Assembly (NCBI RefSeq): GCF_004010195.1
Contig: NC_057720.1
Span: 14,137,947 to 14,201,946, forward strand
Source of the DNA: Chiloscyllium plagiosum
Taxonomy: Eukaryota
Length of the DNA: 64,000 bases
Direction: 5' to 3'
This document shows, one piece after another, positions 51,278 through 63,179 of this stretch (position 1 is its first letter; the number at the start of each line of letters is the position of its first letter). The position numbers and the translations under genes were made by a program. Under the pieces are notes generated by a model, which saw only the letters and a program-made list of their open reading frames with translations, was not told the DNA's origin and searched no databases.

Positions 51278-52170
51278 CGAGTTTTGAGAAGATTTGTAGC
51301 TCAGGTTGAGGTTTTGGATGTAGGTTTGCTCGCTGAGCTGAAAAGTTCATTTCCAGATGTTTCATTACCCTACTAGGTAACACCTTCAGTGGACCTCAGG
51401 CAAAGCAATGCTGAAAATTCCTGCTTTCTATTTATATGTTTGGGGTTCTTTGGTTTGGTGATGTCATTTCCTGTGGTGAAGTCACTTCCTGATCCTTTTC
51501 TCAGGGTGTGGTAGATGGAGTCTAACTCGACGTGTTTGTTGATAGAGTTCCAGTTGGAATACCATGCTTCTAGGAATTCTCGTGTGTGTCTCTCTTTGAC
51601 TTGTCCTAGGATGGATGTGTTGTCCCAGTCAAAGTGGTGTCCTTCCTCATCTCTATGTGAGGATACTAGTGAGAGAGGGTCATGTCTTTTTGTGGCTAGT
51701 TGGTGTTTATGTATCCTGATGGCTAGTTTTCTGCCTGTTTGTCCAATGTAGTGTTTGTTACAGTCCTTGCACGGTATTTTGTAAATGACGTTAGTTTTGC
51801 TCATTGTTTGTAGAGGGGCTTTCAAGTTCATTAGCTTCTGTTTTAGTGTGTTGGTGGGCTACCATGATGCCAAGGGGTCTGAGTAGTCTGGCAGTCATTT
51901 CCGAGATGTCTTTGATGTAGGGGAGAGTGGCTAAGGTTTCTGGGCGTGTTTTGTCTGCTGGTTTGGGTTTGTTGCTGAGAAATTGGCGGACTGTGTTCAT
52001 TGGGTTTCCATTCTTTTTGAATACATGGTATAGATGATTTTTCTCTGCTCTGCATAGTTCCTCTGTGCTGCAGGGCATGTTGGCTCATTGAAATAATGTT
52101 CTGATGCAGCTTTGTTTGTGGATGTTGGAATGATTGCTTCTGTAATTCAATATTTGGTCTGTATGTGGTC
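51278..52170 (-). mobile_element. Penelope/Poseidon-type PLE 3' part (thumb, GIY-YIG, pLTR)
   Basis: LPYIKDISE; TNVIYKIPCKDCNKHYIGQTGRKLAIRIHKH...REFLEAW...SINK; frameshifted. Confidence 0.92.
51352..51393 (-). ncRNA. Hammerhead motif of the Poseidon-type pLTR (core-mutated)
   Basis: UCCA-CUGAAGG-U-GUUACC-UAGUAG-GGUAAU-GAAAC-AUC-UGGA: stems I and II pair, but core A9 reads G. Confidence 0.7.
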
Positions 52171-52228
52171 CTCCAATACTTGGTCCTCCACCACCACTCT
52201 CTGTCTTCTACCTTTGAGCCAGATCTAA

Positions 52229-52670
52229 GATGTAGTCTTCTTCCTCAATCAATTTTTTCACGATGGGTGGAAACGACAGCGCATATTTCTCGTCTGTGCT
52301 GGCAGCTTCGCCACATCAGCTTCATGTGAAGAAAAACAGGGCAATTCTTAAACCCAGCAAACCAGCCTATACTAGCACTGACAGCAGGCACACCTGCATG
52401 GAATTTTAGCTTTTTTTCTTAAGTCCTCCTAACTTGATAAGGCTTTCTGGTTTATGGTGAGAAAGTCGGTCCCAGATCACGTTTCCGATTGGTCTACACA
52501 CACACACTTAGAAGCCGCTCCATCTCCTCAAGTTCCTTTGTTCATGACGTTGCAGAATTGTGTAACAGCCAATGGGAGTTTGCATTTTAAAATAACCATT
52601 CCCCAATTCACCAAACACATTACAGCCAAATCGCATTGGTGAAACGCGTGTTATAGGAGAATAGCCTAAA
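52229..52670 (-). mobile_element. Tigger/pogo DNA transposon relic (terminus plus transposase fragment)
   Basis: Minus strand 52385-52229: SASIGWFAGFK..HMKL / GEAASTDEKYALSFPPIVKKLIEEEDY. Bases 52540-52670 resemble the MITE ends. Confidence 0.75.
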
Positions 52671-52739
52671 AATTGTACTCCAGATGTGTTGTGGCCAGTG
52701 GCCTGTATGGATGCAGTGAAGTAAAACTCCCCCACGTTT

Positions 52740-54780
52740 AATAAATGATACCATTCCATTTGTTGTCTTAATCATTTGCAATACATCTATACTAACTTTC
52801 TCTGATTAACATACTAATGTACTAGATTCCTCACCACTGCAGTTTGACAATCTTTCTCTGTTTAACTAACATGCTGCATTTGTATTCTTCCTGCTAACAT
52901 GGGCTGCTTCAGATGTTTCCATTATACCTGTATGCCATCTGCCAATTGTTTGCCATTCACTTACCTATCTAAATCTGTTTTCAGACTGCTCATCTATCTA
53001 TCTTTATGCCATTGGCAAATTCAGCAACCAGGCATTCCACTCCTTTATCCAAGTCGTTGATACAGATACAAACAGTTGAGACCCCCTATCCCAAGGGGTT
53101 ACTAGTTGCAGATTGCCAATTTCAAAATGACCCATTTATCCTTGCTTTTTATTTTTGTGTTCGCCAATAATATCTATTTTTGATTAATGAGCTTTATTTT
53201 GTGCAGTAACCTTTCATGTGGCACCTTATCAAATGCCTTTTGGAAATCCAAATACACCACAGCTACATATTTCTCTATATCTGCACAGCCTATTACTTCT
53301 TTATAGGACTTTACTGAATGAGGCATACGCCCAAAGCGTCAACTCTCCTTCTCCTCGGATGCTGCCTGACCTGCTGTGTTTTTCCAGCATCACACTCTCA
53401 ACTTAGCAGAAGCCTATCTTTCACAGGACCCTTTGTGCTTGAAGCATGTGTTTCAGAACCCTCATCAGAAAGGACTTATGTCCAAAACATCAATTCTTCT
53501 GCCCCTTGGATGCTGCCTGAACTGCTGCGCTTTTCCAGCCCCGCACTTACGACTCACTATGACAGAGCTCAGGCTAACCAGCCTGTTAATTCCTGCTTTC
53601 CATCTCTGTCTTTCTTGAAGAGGCGAGGTCCATTTGTTAGTTTCCTATCTAATGGAAATGTTCTAGAATCAAGGGACTCCTTAAAAATTGCAACCATGGC
53701 ATCAACTATCCTGTCAAGCACTTCTTTCAGGACCCTAGAATGAAGTCCATTAGTTGATGGCAATTTGTCAGCGTTTAATAGTTTTTTTTTGGTTTTCTTT
53801 CCCTGGTGATTGTAGAACATAGAACATTACAGCGCAGTACAGGCCCTTCGGCCCTCAATGTTGCGCCGACCTGTCATACCAATCTGAAGCCCATCTAACC
53901 TACACTATTCCATGTACGTCCATATGCTTGTCCAATGATGACTTAAATGTACTTAAAGGTGTCGAATCTACTACCGTTGCAGGCAAAGCATTCCATACCT
54001 TTACTACTCTCTGAGTAAAGAAACTACCTCTGTCATCTGTCCTATAGCTATCACCCCTCAATTTAAAGCTATGCCCCCTCGTGCTCGCCGTCACCATTCT
54101 TGGAAAAAGGCTCTCCCTGTCCCCCCTATGTAACTCTCTGATTATCTTATATGTCGCTATTAAGTCACCTCTCAACCATCTTCTCTCCAACGAAAACAGC
54201 CTCAAGTCCCTCAGCCTTTCCTCGTAAGACCTTCCCTCCATACCAGGCAACATCCTGGTTATTTTCAGTTCCTCTGTTCCGTTCACTTCATGGTTTATAA
54301 AAATTCTTGAGATTTACTTTTGTCTCCTCCAGTGAAGTCCAGCACAAAATATTTATTCACTGCTTCCACCATTTCCTTCTTTTACATTAATTCCATGGAC
54401 TCAATTTCTGGAAAGTTCATGCTCATTTAAGTTACTCTTTTCCTTTTTAAGCTCTTGTAGGAACTCTTTCTACCTATTTAGTTTTAGATTTCAAGCCGGC
54501 TTTCTCTCATATTCTAGTTTCTCCCTCCATATTGCTTTTGTACTCATTCTTTGTTGGATTTTAAATCCTGTCCAGTCCTCTTCATTGAGCTATAGACTCC
54601 TTTTTTTATCTTTAACGTCATTAATAAGCCACAGATGGTGAGTCCTCCCCTTTAAAGGCTTTCATTTTCACTGGAATGTACCTTTGGTGAATGTTATGAA
54701 CCATCCCTTTAAATGTATGCATGTACCTGCGCCTTTCTATTGATCTATCCCGTAATCCACTTTCCCAATCCAATTCTGTG
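52740..54780 (-). mobile_element. Old CR1 ORF2 with nested PLE pLTR pieces (~53315-53555) and a young CR1
   Basis: GLHSRVLKEVLDRIVDAMVAIFKESLDS; DFQKAFDKVPH-like at ~53215-53250. Confidence 0.7.
53813..54258 (-). mobile_element. CR1 3' fragment
   Basis: TRMLPGMEGRSYEERLRDLRLFSLERRWLRGDLI; (agaacat)n tail. Confidence 0.92.
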
Positions 54781-55314
54781 GCATTTGACCATAGGGTTAA
54801 GGGGTGTCAGGGGTTGGGGTTTTTTTGGCAGTGGTGTAAATCTGGAAGTGTAGGGGGATTATCAGTCTGGTGAGAGTCAGGGGTGGGATTTTGGTCTGCT
54901 GGGAGAGAGGATATTTGGTTCAGGAGAGGGGACTGGTGGCTTTGGGTTTGGAGGCACAGGGAATGTGTTAGGACTGTGGAGTCAGGGGTCAGGGAAGGTT
55001 GTGTCTGGGAGCAGGGTGATTGAAGATATATCAAGCCTGAGGTATTGGGTTGTTGAGGGTGGGTGTGGAGTGGTGGTAAGGAGTGGATTGTGGAGTGTTG
55101 CACATCAAAGTCAGTTGACCACAGGACTGAGGTGTGGATGGGGTTGGGCCACAGTTCAGTCTTGAGTTGACAGGTTCAGATATATAGTTGGCCAGGAGTT
55201 ACAACGGATTTGTATTTCTCTTACTTTTACTGGCTAACAATATGACTTGGAATCTTCGGAAGCTCTAATACAGAAGGTTTCAGATGCAGGGTAATTGCCT
55301 TGGCAATTGGAAGA

Positions 55315-55690
55315 TAGAACATAGAACATAGAACACAGAATATGGAATATAGAACATTATAATGCAGTACAGGCCCTCCGGCCCTCGATGTGGTGCCAGC
55401 CTGTGAAACCAATCAGAAGTCCATTTAACCTACACTATTCCATTTTCATCCATATGTTTATCCAATGACCATTTAGATGCCCTTAAAGTTGGCGAGTCTA
55501 CTACTGTTGCAAGCTGGGCATCCCACACCCCTACTACTCTGAGTAAAGAAACTACCTCTGTCCTATATCTATCACGCTCAATTAAAGCTATGTCTCCTTG
55601 TGCCCACCATCATCATCTGAGGAAAAAGGCTCTCACTGTCCACTCTATCTAACCCTCTGATTATCTTATATGTCTCAATTAAGTCACCAT
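55315..55690 (-). mobile_element. CR1 3' fragment
   Basis: (tagaaca)n tail; same subfamily as 22166 and 53813. Confidence 0.88.
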
Positions 55691-55893
55691 TAGTGGACAC
55701 CATTAGTATTCAAACTGAACATGATCAGTGCCACTGACATGCTCCTTTATTCCAACCATATACTAATACTGCCTCATTGTACGCTACCTGCTCTAGAATA
55801 TACTCTACTTGCTCTAGAATAGCTTGCTCTCCGGTTGACTCTAACATGAGCTGCTTTAAGAACTTGCCTGGAATCAGTCTATAACCTTCATAA

Positions 55894-56260
55894 GCGGCAC
55901 AGTGGCTCAGTGGTTAGCACTGCTACCTCACAGTGTCAGGGACCCAGGTTTGATACTAGTCTTGTCTGTCTGCGTGGAGTTTGCACATTCTCCCCATGTC
56001 TGCCTGGGTTTCCTCCAGGTGCTCCGGTTTCCTCCCACAGTTCAAAGGTGTGCATGTTAGCTGGTTGGCCATGCTAAATTGCCCATCATGTTTAGGGATG
56101 TGCAGACTAGGTAGATTAGCTATGGGAGATGCGGAGATGGAGTTGAGGTGGGGAGCAGGGGGTCAAGTGGTTGGGTCTGATTGGGTGCTGTTCGGAGGGT
56201 CCATGCAGACATGATGGGCTGAAAGGCCTCTTTCTGCATTGATGGGATTCTCTGATTCTA
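55894..56260 (+). mobile_element. HE1-like SINE
   Basis: gcggcacagtggctcagtggttagcactgct head and conserved body. Confidence 0.88.
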
Positions 56261-56439
56261 ACTCATCTCTCCAAGCTGCCTTTGCCAAACTGATACATCC
56301 AATCTACTTGTAGAAGAACATCAGTCCGAATCTTCATCATAGCTTTCTCACAAGCCTCCTACATATATCATCCCATGACATCATTATTGCCATGAGCCCA
56401 TTAGCCTACTCCCAAAATTTGACTTATACAGTTATACGA

Positions 56440-56935
56440 TAAACACAATTCAATACAGCACAGGAACAGACCCTTCGGCCCACTAAGCCTGCACCAATTC
56501 CTATTCCTTACTTAGACCCAGTACGTTTGCCTATGTGTGGTTTCTATCCCGCTGTTCACCTCAGGTTCATGGATCTATTGAGTTACGCCTTGAATATTGC
56601 TAATGTGCCTGCTTCCACCACCTCCATTGGCAGTGCATTCCAGGCACCCACCACTCTCTGAATGAAAACCTTTTCCTGCACTTCTCCCCTAAACTTTTCT
56701 GCTCTCACCTTGAACTTGTGCTCTCTTGTAGTTGACCTCTCGACCCTGTGTATAAGCCTTTACTTATCCACCCTATCTATGCCTCTCATAATTTTGTCTA
56801 CCTCTATCAAGTCACCTCTCAGCTGCTGTCTTTTCAGTGAAAACAATCTGAGTTTATCCAACCTCTCTGCATAACTTAATCCCTCCAGACACAGGCAACA
56901 TCCTGGTAAACCTCCTATGCAAAGCTCTGTAAAGC
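56440..56935 (-). mobile_element. CR1 3' fragment
   Basis: LEGLSYAERLDKLRLFSLKRQQLRGDLIEVDKIMRGIDRVD. Confidence 0.85.
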
Positions 56936-57277
56936 CTCCCTCCTTTGTCATGTTCTAATGTCTACTGAAACTGATTCATTCCATATCTTGATCTTTTGAG
57001 TTAAAACCATCTTTGACTATGGTGCTCGTGCTATCCTTAAAGACTGGGACCTCATGAGGAGGCCCAGTCAGATCATCCATTGGCACTTCTGACTGAAAAT
57101 GTTTCCAAGTGTTCCAGCCTTGTGTGTTCCTCTTGTGCATTGGGCTCTGCCATCAATGAAGATGAGGATTCTCATTCTATGAATTTTAATTGCCCAACAC
57201 CATCAGTCATGAATACTTGTCTTGACTGAAAATTGTAACATTGTATCCTAAGGCAATGCAAACCAATTTATAAAATT

Positions 57278-57730
57278 GTGAATGCTGAAGATCCAAGCCA
57301 CAAACAGGCTCAACAGGTCTGGCAGTGTCTGTGCAGGGAGAAAGCTGAGGTAACATTTTGAGTCAGGTTTTAGATTAGATTTAGATTCCCTACAATATGG
57401 AAACTGGCCCTTTGGCCCAACAAGTCCATAACGACCCTCCGAAGAGTAACCCACCCAGACCCATTCCCCTATATTTGCTCCTGACTAATGTACCTAACAC
57501 TATGGGCAATTTAGCAAGGTCAGTTCACCTGACCTGCACATCTTTGGATTGTGGAAGGATACCGGAGCAACCGAGGGGCGGGGGGGGGGGGGGGGGAGCG
57601 AATCCACCCAGACACGGGGAGAATGAGCAAACTCCACACAGACAGTCACCTGAGATGAGAATCAAACATTAATACTGCTTTCTCTCCACAGATGCCAGGC
57701 CTGATGAGTTTCTCCAGCAATTGTTTTTGT
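57278..57730. mobile_element. Family C fold-back element split by an HE1-like SINE (57369-57668, -)
   Basis: Left arm ctcaacaggtctggcag...gagaaagc; right arm gctttctctccacagatgccaggcctgatgagtttctccagc. Confidence 0.7.
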
Positions 57731-58036
57731 ATGAAAAAGGTTTCATCACCCTACGTTCAATCCGACTGAGTAATGCAATGTTTTCTGGAACAGAATCCAT
57801 GTGGCAAAACTGTCTGGCACTTTGGCAAGACACACAAAGTTAGAAACAAGTATTAATGTCTGTAGAGAAAGAGTGCGATGACAAAAATGATGTAAAAAAT
57901 CAGCTTGCCAACATCTCTGGCTCCTTATGGGAGCTAACATGATATGCCTTCCCAGAGCATGTCCCCACATTCTGAAGTAGGGTCACTCAACTGGAAATGT
58001 TAACTCTGTTTCTCTCTTCACAGATGCTGATAGTTC

Positions 58037-58390
58037 CATAAGACCATAAGACTATAAGACATAGAAGCAGAAATTAGACCATTCGGCCCATGGTCAATCA
58101 TGGCTGATAGGGTTTTCAACTCCATTTTCCCATTTTCTCCCCACAACCTTTGATCTCCTTGGCAATCAAGAACTTATCTATCTCTGTTTTAAATATACTC
58201 AGTCACCTGGCCTCCACAGCCTTCTGTGGCAATGAATCCTATCGATTCACCACTCTCTGGCTGAAAATGTTTATCCTTAACTCCGAGCTAAAGGGTCTTT
58301 CCTTTACTCTAAGGCTGTGCCCTTGGGACCTTGTCTGTCCTGCCAATGGGAAAATATTCCCAACATCCACTCTGTCCAGGCCATTGGCTG
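58037..58390 (-). mobile_element. CR1 3' fragment
   Basis: (cataagac)n tail and ttcaccactctctgg motif. Confidence 0.8.
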
Positions 58391-58850
58391 TCTTCAACTA
58401 AAGAGTGACCTGAGAAAAGCCAGAGAGCTTTCCACCCCACTGGCTTTGACATAACAAAAAAGAAACAAAATCAAACTACAACAGTGATCTTTTCATTTGG
58501 CTGTGATTGGAATGAAGTAATGTGATCATCAAGTTGTGAGCTAACTAATCTTGGGAATGAGTAGGGAGTCACCCTTTCACAAGATACTGTGACTTGCAAA
58601 TCATCACAAATCTCAGGTCACAAAATCTCCAGACTTTCAAAGGACAGCATGCATTTATGCAAAAAAAACCCTGCAAGAATCTAACAGTCTTGCTACATTT
58701 AATGCAGTTCAGTGTATTGCTCACAGCAATTTACTCTTTGCTGCAGAAGGGGAGTTAGCATCATACAAGGAGTCATTTATCTCAATGCTCAAGTTAAGCT
58801 TTTTTCTTCCCCTGAAAGAGCCTTGCGTCTTGGCAAACACTATTCAGTCT

Positions 58851-59027
58851 TGATTTGGAGGTGCTGGGTGTTGGACTGGGGTGGCCAAAGTTGAAAATCA
58901 CACAACACCAGGCTATAGTCCAACAGGTTTATTCAGAGGCACTAGCTTTTGAAGAAGCAGCACTTTGAAAACTCATGCCTCTGAATAAACCTGTTGGACG
59001 ATAACCTGGTGTTGTGTGATTTTTAAA
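58851..59027 (-). mobile_element. Fold-back PLE element, family B
   Basis: TSD actattcagtct/actattaagtct at 58839-58850 and 59028-59039; left tail. Confidence 0.88.
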
Positions 59028-59181
59028 ACTATTAAGTCTAGAACACACAAATAAGCTTCTCTGATTTTGCTATTTCTTAGCTTATTTTGTTTTGAATATG
59101 TGATGCTGAAGCCCCAATGAATAAGCAAGACAGAATGACTCAGCTCTGGGGATGTCAACAAAGAGGCAAGAAATCAAGGCA

Positions 59182-59229
59182 AGTCCTCAGCACAACCTAC
59201 AGTCCTCAGCACAACCTACAGTCCTCAGC
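59182..59229. repeat. 19-bp tandem repeat, ~2.5 copies
   Basis: agtcctcagcacaacctac x2 plus a partial unit. Confidence 0.9.
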
Positions 59230-59538
59230 TGCCTCTACGTTTGTTGAAACTGCAGCCGTCAATCGAGAAGCTGGTGGCGTGCCCCTGACCGGGTCTGGAA
59301 ACGTATGCATTGCTTTCCTGAGCTGTCAATGATTTTTAGAATGGTTGGCTTAAAAGTGTAATTAGCTCAGCAGAAATCTCAAACCTTTTTCACAAGTAAA
59401 CACTTGCCTCATTGACCTGGAGGAGTCATTTTATAAAATAATTGAAAACAATGGAGCATTTGTGCGGAGCAGAAGTTTAAGGTTTTATTGGAGCCTCTTT
59501 CAAAAAATGTAGAGATGTAAGCCCTTCCATTTCACATA

Positions 59539-59702
59539 CAGAGGAACCTCAACTTGATTATCTGAATATTGGATTATCTGGCAAGATCGCAAGGTCCCGA
59601 TGCTTGGCTAAACTATGTTATCCGGCATTCGATTATCCAGAATTTGATTAACCGAGCAAAATACTACCCGTCCTTGTCCTTCGGATAATTGAGGTTCCTC
59701 TG
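59539..59702. mobile_element. Tc1/pogo-type MITE
   Basis: Perfect 14-bp TIR cagaggaacctcaa/ttgaggttcctctg; TA on the left, TG on the right; internal gattatc repeats. Confidence 0.85.
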
Positions 59703-61339
59703 TGAATGGTTACTTCAGATCTGTGTCGCAATGAAAATTAAACTGTGCAGAAGGGAAAGGAGTGTTTAATATTAATGGAGGTACGAAGCAGAATTGCACT
59801 CGATAATCTACAGATCGAACCTCTCTAGGTAGTTCACTATACTTTGGGTACAACTTTCCGCTCCTTTGCCAATTTAACAAAGAATTTCTTTCGATGGATT
59901 GTACATGTTCTGTACACAGCAAACTGGCCTTAATGAAATAAAAAAAGCTGCTCAGTAAAGTCTCAGTTCATTGAACGTCAATAAACTTGCTGCAGCCAAA
60001 AGTTGTTTTAATATTCTTTAGAATGGCTACAATCTGGTTGCTGAGCAACGAGGGTCATATGCTTACAGGGTTCATGTCTGAACCAGTTGCAAAGACACTG
60101 TGTGTGTTGGAAATGATTTATTCAAACGTTCATTCAGACCTGCTGTTTGCTCCCTCATTGCCTTAATGTAGCCAGGCCTTCATTCATAACTGTCAAGAAC
60201 CTATTCATCTGCACCCGTGCTTATTAAATCTAAAATTGTATGTAAGCTGCAGTTTCACATGTGTACACAGCGACTCCCAATTTCCAAATGCCTCATCATG
60301 CAGGAATGTTCAAGGAGCGAATAATGTTGGAGTTTCGCAGCATTTGTCCTGGTCAAAGTGTACCTCTAGCCACCCAAGTGTAGGAGTCACGCTTATGCTT
60401 GGAGTAGGCCGCTCACTCCCATAATTGAGTCATCAAGCTGTGTAGCTGACAGCTGATGTAGGAGCAAGAGCAGAAACCAGGAAAATCCACTGAGCAATTA
60501 GTGCAATCAGAGAGGGCCACTAATAGAGTTAAATAGCACCTTCTAATCAACAATTTTTTTTTTACGTTAATGGGAAGAAAATGCTGCCACTTAATTTTCA
60601 CGACAAGCTTGTATTAATATGCTTTATAACGTTTACTGAAAAATATGATAGGCTGTATTTATTACATTAATATTACACAAAATAAAAACATTGCAAAAAA
60701 TATATTGACTTGTGGATTAATAAAGGTGAATCCCAGAATCATTCATGGACTTTTTTTTTCCAAATGCACAACTCACAATGGAGCTTTAAGCAGATAAGAA
60801 CAAAATTTGGGTTGTCTGTAAATGCGAAGGAGTTCATTTCCTAAAGACCTTCACCTATAATTTCAAAATTAATACTTTGTGTTGACTTTGTATCCAGATG
60901 AGATATGAACGAGATGACAACAAGAGTATACAACTTTACCGGAAAAGATTTGTCAAATGTTAAAAGCTTAAAGAAAGAACAAGACTGCACTCAGACAGCC
61001 AAAAGACTATGGTTGCTAAAGGTTCCCACAACATAGAGACCAGTTCCTTTCCGTTGTTTGCAGTTGAAGCCAACTCTCCAGGATCCGCCTGGAATCTCCA
61101 GGTTACTTTGACACTGGTAAGGGTCGTGTGTGATATTGGTAAGACAGCAGTTTTGTCCATCCCCTTCAGAAGATCTTAGTGAGTCAGCTTCTCGAACTGT
61201 TGCAGTCAGTGTGAGTGTAGGTGCTGTTTGGAAAAGAGTTCCAGCATTTTCATTCAACGGGGATGAAGAAGTGATGATATTTTTCCAACCAATTTGGGGG
61301 AGAGTTTACACATTTTGGTGTTCCCTTGCACCCGTAGCC

Positions 61340-61750
61340 ATGAGCTATAAGACCATAAGAAATAGGAATAGGAGTAGGCCATTCGGCCCCTTGAGCCTGC
61401 TCTGCCATTCAATAGGTTCATGGCTGTTCTGACACTCTTCACATCCACTTTCCTGCCTTTTCCCAACTGATCCAGAATCTGTCTATTTCAGCCTTAAGTA
61501 TAGACAAGGGCTCTTCTCCCATCACTCTCTGTGGCAAGAAGTTCCAAAGACTTACAGCAGAACAAGTTCCTCTTCATCTCCCTTTCAAATTGGTGTCCCT
61601 TTATTCTGAGACTATGTCCTATGCTTCTAGATTGTCCTAACAGGCCCTTTAAGAATCCAATACATTTCAATATGATCACCTCTCATTTCTAAACTCCAGT
61701 GAGTAGAGTCCCAATCTGTTTAGCCTGAATTAATAAGACAATTGCTCCAT
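61340..61750 (-). mobile_element. CR1 3' fragment
   Basis: SRSIGHSLRIKGHQFEREMKRNLF; taagaccataag tail. Confidence 0.8.
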
Positions 61751-61949
61751 TCCTTCTTGTTCCTCTAGGCTACGGAGGTTGCAAATTTGGGTTGTTGAAG
61801 GACCTTTGGTGAGATCTTGCAGTCTATCTCCTTGACATTACACACTGCTGCCATGATGCGCTAGTCATGAAGAAAGTGAATGAAACAGGTAGATAAGGAA
61901 CTAATCGAGTGGGCTCCTTTGTCCTGGATAGTGTCAAGCTACCTATATT

Positions 61950-62280
61950 TCTTATTCATTCACAGGATATGGGCATTGCTGGCTAGGCCACCATTTATTG
62001 CCCGTCACTAATTAGCCAGAGGGCAGTAAGAGGCAATCATATTGCTGTGGAGTCACATGTAGACTATACCAGGTAAGAATAGCAGATTTTCTTCCCTGAA
62101 GGACATTAGTGGACCAGATGGGTTTTTATAACAATTAACAATGTCATGGTTATCATTAGTCTCTAAACTCCAGATTTGAGTTGAATTAAAGTTCCACCAT
62201 TGGTCATGGTGGATTTGAACTTTTGTTCCCATTATCAGTAATACCAAGCCTTTCTGCAATTTGAAAATCATTGGAATTGC
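61950..62280 (-). mobile_element. Short element joining the 5' head and 3' tail of the 44752 LINE
   Basis: On -: gttcaaatccacca..aaatctgga..aaaacccatctggtccact..aatctgctattcttacc, then gggcaataaat..gccagcaatgccca..tgaatgaataag. Confidence 0.75.
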
Positions 62281-62542
62281 AACAACCATGCAGTTGGAGA
62301 GTATTCAGTCTCACTAGTGAATTGCACTTTGTAGATGATAGACAGGCATTGGGAGTACACTCGTATATCATTTGCTCAAATATGCCTGTCTCTGATCCAT
62401 CTTTTCCCATGCTTTGTATTAGTCTTTAATAAAAAAGGCATTTTACCACTAACAATAAGCAATGCTCTGCACCTCTCTGATTGACTTCTAAACCACTATC
62501 AAAAATAGTCTGAAAAAGATGTGTAAAGAATTGCATATTATA

Positions 62543-62701
62543 GATTAGAGTGGTACTAGAAAAGCACCATTCCTGATGAAGGGCTTTTGCCCAAAACGTG
62601 GATTTTCCAGCTCCTCAGATGCTGCTTGACCTGCTGTGCTTTTCCAGCACCACTCTAATCTTGACTCTAATCTCCAGCATCTGCAGTGTCCACTTCTGCC
62701 T
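62543..62701 (+). mobile_element. Fold-back PLE element, family A, short left arm
   Basis: TSD aattgcatattata/aattgcatagtata; mutated HHR core at ~62573-62600. Confidence 0.88.
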
Positions 62702-62804
62702 AATTGCATAGTATATACAGAGCATGGAATCTTTTAGCAATTAATAACCAGGTGAGCAAGAATTTTCTCCAACTTCTTCTGTGGAAACAGGCAATGGACT
62801 AACC

Positions 62805-63040
62805 AAACAGAAACAGAAATTGCTGGCGAATTTCAGTGGGTCTGGCAGCATCTGTGGTGAGAAAACCAGTTAAAATATTGCATCCAGTGACCCTTCTTCA
62901 GACCAGTTCTGAAGCAAGGTCACTGGATTTGAAGCATTAAGTCTGCTTCTCTCTCCACAGATGCTGCCAGGTCTGTTGAGTTTCTCCAGCAACTTTTGTC
63001 TTTGTTTCAGATCTTCTGCATTCGCATAATGTTTTATTAC
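62805..63040 (+). mobile_element. Fold-back PLE element, family C
   Basis: ~100-bp imperfect arms centred near cttcagaccagttctgaag, ~33-nt tail, flanking ggactaa. Confidence 0.82.
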
Positions 63041-63179
63041 AGGACTAAACTCATCTATATCATTTTAAAATCTTCATACCCTTTCTACCAGTTCCATCCT
63101 TCTCACCAACTGTTCATTCAGTCTGAACAGGATGATCATAACATCAATATCCTCTTTGAATCCAAGCTAGTTCTCAAAA

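Noticed and set aside
57576..57597. Poly-G run inside a SINE
   Set aside because: Simple homopolymer expansion or sequencing artefact.
61064..61116. Possible 53-nt exon (tttgcag|...ctg|gtaagg)
   Set aside because: Only one open frame, no recognisable peptide and no partner exons. It may be an old repeat remnant.
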